This document shows, one piece after another, positions 59,449 through 64,000 of a DNA stretch of 64,000 bases (positions are counted from its first letter, which is position 1; every line of letters begins with the position of its first letter). The position numbers and the translations under genes are program-made. Origin of the DNA: an uncultured bacterium (GTDB taxonomy: Bacteria; Patescibacteriota; Minisyncoccia; UBA6257; 2-01-FULL-56-20). Below the pieces are notes generated by a model. That model was not told the origin of the DNA. It saw only the letters and a list, made by a program, of their open reading frames with translations, and did no database searches. Location of the stretch: the NCBI GenBank assembly GCA_963719425.1, contig OY970382.1, positions 650,880-714,879 of the forward strand, in the 5' to 3' direction.

Positions 59449-60347
59449 AGGGTTTTTTTAATCCCATCGGTAAATTCGATCTCGGGTTTCCAGCCCAGAA
59501 TTTTTTTGGCCTTGTAGTTGGTTATTGAAATTCTTTTCACCTCTCCCTTCCTGAAGGGAACGTACACTGGTCTTTCTTTAAATCCGGTCCACCTGGCTAT
59601 GGCATCAAAAACCATTTGATCACTTATTTCCTTGCCAAGCCCGAGGTTGAGCGTCTCATCTTTGCCGCGTCTCAAAGCCAAGATATTGGCTCTTACTACG
59701 TCGTCAATGTGAATGTAATCCCTTGTTTTCGTGCCGTCACCGAAAATTGTCGGCCGCAGCCCCCCCTTCATCAATCTGCCGAATATCGCGACAGCTCCTG
59801 CTTCGCCTTTGGGATCTTGTCTTGGACCATACACATTGGCGTATCTGAAAATCAGATAGCGAAAGCCAAAGTTCCTTGCGTAGAATTTTATACATATTTC
59901 ATCAATATTTTTTGAGAGCGCGTACGGAGAAAGAGGCATCAGTTCCGTGGTTTCATCGGCCGGAAGTTTCTTTGGTTCTCCGTATATAGTTCCACCCGTT
60001 GATGGGAAAATGAACTTTTTAATACGGTACTTCCCGCCAGCGAGCAGTATGTTTATGGTTCCGGTTACATTGGTATCGAATGTCAGCATTGGATCGTGGA
60101 GCGATATGGCCACCCCCGATACCGCTGCAAGATGATTTACTACTTCTGGCCTTTCTTTGCTGAAAACGTCGCTGATTTTTTTTGCGTTGCGTATATCGAT
60201 TTCGTAGAATTTAGCTTTGGGATTTAGATTTTTCTTGAATCCCGTTGAGAAATTGTCAACAACCGTAACTTTGTGGCCGGCTTTGAGGTAAGAATCAACG
60301 ATGTGCGAACCTATGAATCCGGCTCCGCCCGTTACTAATATTCTCAT
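59430..60347 (-). CDS. NAD-dependent epimerase (GalE-like)
   Basis: GGAGFIGS, YALSK, NVYGPRQ. Confidence 0.92.
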   Translation of the reverse strand: MRILVTGGAGFIGSHIVDSYLKAGHKVTVVDNFSTGFKKNLNPKAKFYEIDIRNAKKISDVFSKERPEVVNHLAAVSGVAISLHDPMLTFDTNVTGTINILLAGGKYRIKKFIFPSTGGTIYGEPKKLPADETTELMPLSPYALSKNIDEICIKFYARNFGFRYLIFRYANVYGPRQDPKGEAGAVAIFGRLMKGGLRPTIFGDGTKTRDYIHIDDVVRANILALRRGKDETLNLGLGKEISDQMVFDAIARWTGFKERPVYVPFRKGEVKRISITNYKAKKILGWKPEIEFTDGIKKTLQCARR

Positions 60348-60421
60348 GGTATATATTGTATCAGACAGTCTCTGTCTATAGAATAGTAGTCCTTTTTACC
60401 CTATACTATCGGTAAGTGTAA

Positions 60422-61732
60422 ATGATAAGAATAAAACAATTCATCCTGTTTTTGGGCGATATACTGCTCCTTTATGGGACGCTTTTTCTCACGATTTACG
60501 CGAGATATGGAGAAATAAATCATGGGCTTCTTAGGGCCCATCTTGTGCCCTTTTCTGTAATCTTTGTCATTTGGCTGGGACTTTTCTATTCGGCGGGATG
60601 GTACGAAATCAAAGCTATCGGGAAGAATCTGATCCTTTTGGAAACTATCATTGTTACGCTTATTGTGGGATTCGGCCTTGCCATCATCATCTTTTATTCC
60701 GTTCCGTACTTTAATATCGCGCCCAAAACCAACCTGGCGATTTTTACCGTACTTTTTGCAGCATTCGCTTTTCTCTGGCGTCTCTTGGTCGGCGCCGCCA
60801 TCAAAACGCCGCGTGAGAAAGTCCTGTTGATAGGCGGGAGTGCCGATGCCGAAGAGGTCAAGGAGCATCTGAAAAAAAATCCCCACATCGGATACAAAAT
60901 CCAATTCCACATGAAGAGTCCGTCGGCTCCCGAAGTTGAAAAATTGGGCGGTGTCATAGCGCGAGAGGGCACACACACGATAGTTATTCTCGAGACAGAA
61001 CAAAACAAAAACTACGTTGCCGCATCACTTTATAAGAATCTCGGTATGGGCGTTGAAATAATCCCCTTCGCAGATTTTTACGAAATGGTTTTCGGGAAGG
61101 TTCCCCTGGGAGAGCTCCGCGAAGAATGGTTTTTTGAGAACATTGCGAGGCGGCACAGGGGATATAACTTCGTGAAGCGCGGCACGGATATAATTGCCGG
61201 CGTTCTCGTAGGTATTTTTTTTGTGATCGTGTGGCTGCCCCTGTACCTTATGGTTACGTTTACATCCAAGGGGCCGTTTATCTTCAAGCAGACGAGGGTC
61301 GGCAAAAGCGGCACCACATTTACTCTCTACAAAATCCGCACTATGTACGAGCGTGATGGAAAAAATGGCTGGGAAGATTTGGATGACCATGTGACGCCGG
61401 TCGGCAGGATTCTCCGCACGACGCATTTGGATGAATTGCCGCAACTCTGGAATATCCTGAGGGGCGATGTTTCTCTCATTGGACCGCGGCCGGATTTCAT
61501 AGATTTCTTCAAAAAATTGGAAGAGAAAATTCCTTACTATGCCATTCGCACTCTCGTTAAGCCCGGCGTTACTGGTTGGGCTCAGACCAACTACCCAGTC
61601 ACGGCTTCGCTTGAAGAAACACGCGTGCGTCTGTCTTACGATTTGTTTTATTTGAAACATTACTCGTTCATGGTTGACTTGCTTATAGTTTTGAAGACGT
61701 TGAAGACGGTTTTCACGGCCGCCGGACGTTAA
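60422..61732 (+). CDS. Polyprenyl-phosphate glycosylphosphotransferase (WcaJ/WbaP-like)
   Basis: KIRTM, DELPQLWN, GPRP, KPGVTGWAQ. Confidence 0.93.
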   Translation: MIRIKQFILFLGDILLLYGTLFLTIYARYGEINHGLLRAHLVPFSVIFVIWLGLFYSAGWYEIKAIGKNLILLETIIVTLIVGFGLAIIIFYSVPYFNIAPKTNLAIFTVLFAAFAFLWRLLVGAAIKTPREKVLLIGGSADAEEVKEHLKKNPHIGYKIQFHMKSPSAPEVEKLGGVIAREGTHTIVILETEQNKNYVAASLYKNLGMGVEIIPFADFYEMVFGKVPLGELREEWFFENIARRHRGYNFVKRGTDIIAGVLVGIFFVIVWLPLYLMVTFTSKGPFIFKQTRVGKSGTTFTLYKIRTMYERDGKNGWEDLDDHVTPVGRILRTTHLDELPQLWNILRGDVSLIGPRPDFIDFFKKLEEKIPYYAIRTLVKPGVTGWAQTNYPVTASLEETRVRLSYDLFYLKHYSFMVDLLIVLKTLKTVFTAAGR

Positions 61733-61750
61733 ACGGGTAAGGTATAACGC

Positions 61751-62734
61751 ATGAGCAACATCATCGTAACAGGTGCCGCGGGGTATGTCGGAGGAATGGT
61801 GGTTGATCGGCTGCTTGAAATTCATCCCGAGGTATCTGTCGTGGGAATCGATCTTCTGCCGATGCCGAAAGAGTGGCATCTGAAAAAGCGCGTTTCTTGG
61901 ATTCAAGCAGATTTGGCTACGGATGAGTGGCAAAAGAAAGCTCTCGGGCGTGGTCCGATTGACGCCATCATCCATTGCGCTTTCAGGATCCGCACGCCAT
62001 TTGGGAAGATTAAAGCCTATGAGAAAAACAATCGGACTGCTTCCGAAAATACTTTTGCATTCGCTTTTAAAAATAGAATTCCTTCCCTGGTTTATTTGAG
62101 CACCGTGTCCTTGTACGGAGCGCGCAGGGAAAACATCGGCCGGCTTTTGAAAGAAAATGATCCGTTTTTGGAAACGAAGAACCCGTATGGATATCAGAAG
62201 AAATTGATCGAGGAAGATTTGAATAGGCTCATCAGGTATATGAATCCAGTCACTCGGATAACAACACTTCGTTTGAACAGTGTGACCGGTCCCCGAAGCC
62301 AGAGCTTGTCCTCAAAATTCGGATTGATAACTTTTCTCAAGAAACTATTGCCGTTTGTCATTGAACTCAATCCGCATTGGGCGAGGCAATTCGTCCACGA
62401 AGATGATGTCGTCGACGCCATATTAGCTTCCTTGGCGCGTAACGGAGGAGAGATAATGACGCCTTACAACGTTGCGCCGAAACGATTTTTGGAGGTAGCC
62501 GATATCGCGCGCGCGTTGAATAAAAAAATCCTGCGCTTGCCGCCGTGGTTGGTCAAAGCAGCACTGTTTGTTCTCTGGCCCGTGAGTTTCGGAAAATTGG
62601 TTCCGGCGAGCGCGGCCGATGGCCTCATATATCCCGTCAACGTTGACGGTTCAGCCATTGAAAAGGATTTAAATTTCAAATATCGCTACACAGCCGAAGA
62701 AGCCCTCATCGGCAAGGTTGGCCGTTATGCATAG
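61751..62734 (+). CDS. NAD-dependent epimerase/dehydratase (extended SDR)
   Basis: TGAAGYVG, YGYQK, QFVHEDD. Confidence 0.88.
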   Translation: MSNIIVTGAAGYVGGMVVDRLLEIHPEVSVVGIDLLPMPKEWHLKKRVSWIQADLATDEWQKKALGRGPIDAIIHCAFRIRTPFGKIKAYEKNNRTASENTFAFAFKNRIPSLVYLSTVSLYGARRENIGRLLKENDPFLETKNPYGYQKKLIEEDLNRLIRYMNPVTRITTLRLNSVTGPRSQSLSSKFGLITFLKKLLPFVIELNPHWARQFVHEDDVVDAILASLARNGGEIMTPYNVAPKRFLEVADIARALNKKILRLPPWLVKAALFVLWPVSFGKLVPASAADGLIYPVNVDGSAIEKDLNFKYRYTAEEALIGKVGRYA

Positions 62735-62793
62735 TTCACAGTGCGGCGCGCCGCGACGCCAACTCGCGCGCTTCACGTATTTCCCCGCCTTCT

Positions 62794-63300
62794 TCAACCC
62801 GATTCCTTCGCCAGACGCCTTTTTACATATTCATCCAAAAGCCACGAGCTTGACTGCACCTTGCCGCCGATACCGACATTGAAGACCATTTTAATCCCGT
62901 ACTTTTTGCAAGTATCAATGTCCCAGTAGAGCGACGAGGCGGGATTTGCTGCGTTCTTTTTGTTTCGGTCGCCGCCGTTCGCGAAAATGTCCGGTCGCAG
63001 CGCGCGCAACTCGCGGGAAACGCTCATGGCTTTCGGGCCTTTCGGGTCAGGCCCATGTTTCGTGAGCACCACGCGATCCACCGGCCGCAATGCTTCAATC
63101 ACTTCTTTCCGCTCACGCTCCGGCATAAACACGTGATGCTTCTTCTTCCGCAGCCAGTGGTCGTTATTCAAAATCACCACCAGTTCATCGCCCAGCGCCC
63201 TCGCGTGCTCAAATAACCGCACGTGGCCGACATGAATCGGATCAAAACCACCGCTCACGGCAACCACGGTCTTCCCGCGTTGAACTGTCTTTCGTTTCAT
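62794..63300 (-). CDS. HxGH cytidylyltransferase (TagD/RfaE-like)
   Basis: SGGFDPIHVGH, NGGDR, SSS. Confidence 0.88.
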   Translation of the reverse strand: MKRKTVQRGKTVVAVSGGFDPIHVGHVRLFEHARALGDELVVILNNDHWLRKKKHHVFMPERERKEVIEALRPVDRVVLTKHGPDPKGPKAMSVSRELRALRPDIFANGGDRNKKNAANPASSLYWDIDTCKKYGIKMVFNVGIGGKVQSSSWLLDEYVKRRLAKESG

Positions 63301-63354
63301 TTCACGAAATGCTGATTTTACGGTATCCTTACGAATGATTATATCACATCCGCG

Positions 63355-64000
63355 ATGTTCCGAAAGTTAAAGTCTTTCCTTTTTGAAAACAAGACGGCGA
63401 AGCAAACCGTCGCCAAAAATACGCTCTGGCTTAGTATTTCCAATTTCGGCGGAAGAGCGCTCAAGGCCGTCATTATCATCTATGCCGCCCGCGTCCTCGG
63501 CACTGCTGGCTACGGCGTCTTTTCGTATGCCGTGACCCTGGCCGGCTTCTTCACGTTCTTCGTTGATCCCGGCGTAAATTCTATCCTGGTCCGCGACGGG
63601 TCGCGAGCGAATACGGAAGACCGGCGGGAACTTTTTTCGTCCTCGTTCATCCTGAAACTGGCATTTATCGCGATCGGCGTCGTTTTCGTGCTCTCCGTCG
63701 CGCCTTTTTTTTCGACGCTCCCCGGCGCAAAAACACTCCTTCCTCTCGTCGCGCTTATCGTTGTTTTTGACAGCTTACGGGATTTCTTTTCGTCCTTCTT
63801 CCGCGCAGAGGAAAAAATGCAATGGGACGCATTCACATATATCCTTGAAAACTTAGGTATCGCCGTATTTGGGTTCCTATTCCTGCGTATCGCGTCTACG
63901 CCGCTTTGGTTCAGCCGGGCGTATGTCGCCGGCACCGCTTTCGGCGCCCTGATTGCCGTTTGGCTCATCCGCCGTTCCCTTCGCGCGCTCGTATCGCACG
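63355..64000 (+). CDS. Wzx-type polysaccharide flippase (partial, runs off the window)
   Basis: Absent from the ORF track: MFRKLK...VAKNTLWL...ARVLGTAGYGVFSYA...VDPG. Confidence 0.88.
   Translation, partial: MFRKLKSFLFENKTAKQTVAKNTLWLSISNFGGRALKAVIIIYAARVLGTAGYGVFSYAVTLAGFFTFFVDPGVNSILVRDGSRANTEDRRELFSSSFILKLAFIAIGVVFVLSVAPFFSTLPGAKTLLPLVALIVVFDSLRDFFSSFFRAEEKMQWDAFTYILENLGIAVFGFLFLRIASTPLWFSRAYVAGTAFGALIAVWLIRRSLRALVSH

Noticed and set aside
13116-61975. Long antisense ORFs (13116-13937, 17315-18337, 30271-31194, 33836-34696, 37075-37947, 51790-52581, 57561-58653, 61025-61975)
   Set aside because: Shadow frames of well-supported genes in GC-rich sequence
1-64000. Alternative genetic code (UGA=Gly), DGR or retron
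   Set aside because: TGA terminates conserved genes at expected lengths (serA, cutA, nusG, groEL); no reverse transcriptase or TR/VR pair seen

Overview
The window looks like a Patescibacteria/CPR (Parcubacteria-like) chromosome read with genetic code 11. This is an inference from gene content and from pervasive leaderless-type promoters. The core genes are gyrB, secE-nusG-rpsR, groES-groEL with a CIRCE operator, lemA/htpX, pyrH, pyrD, serA-serC, tldD/tldE, a flavinylation module (FMN-binding protein, ApbE, RnfD/NqrB-FNR fusion), thiol-redox genes, a polysaccharide locus and tRNA-Ser(GGA). The most notable signal is a dispersed family of non-coding, att-like sites that share a CCGC/GCGG core. 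They link two distant accessory regions. The first (0-13 kb) holds two large serine recombinases, a perfect 266-bp inverted repeat, a HEPN two-gene module and an array of hairpins with a variable core. The second (41-48.5 kb) is a tandem array of co-oriented cargo genes downstream of tRNA-Ser, separated by ~210-bp repeats. Four copies of one arm keep exactly 102 bp between GTTCGAATC and GCGG, and three other sites copy the GTTC-N14-CCGC geometry of the tRNA-Ser 3' end. Together these suggest a serine-recombinase-driven, integron-like cassette system (hypothesis). All calls come from manual reading of the sequence; no database searches were run.
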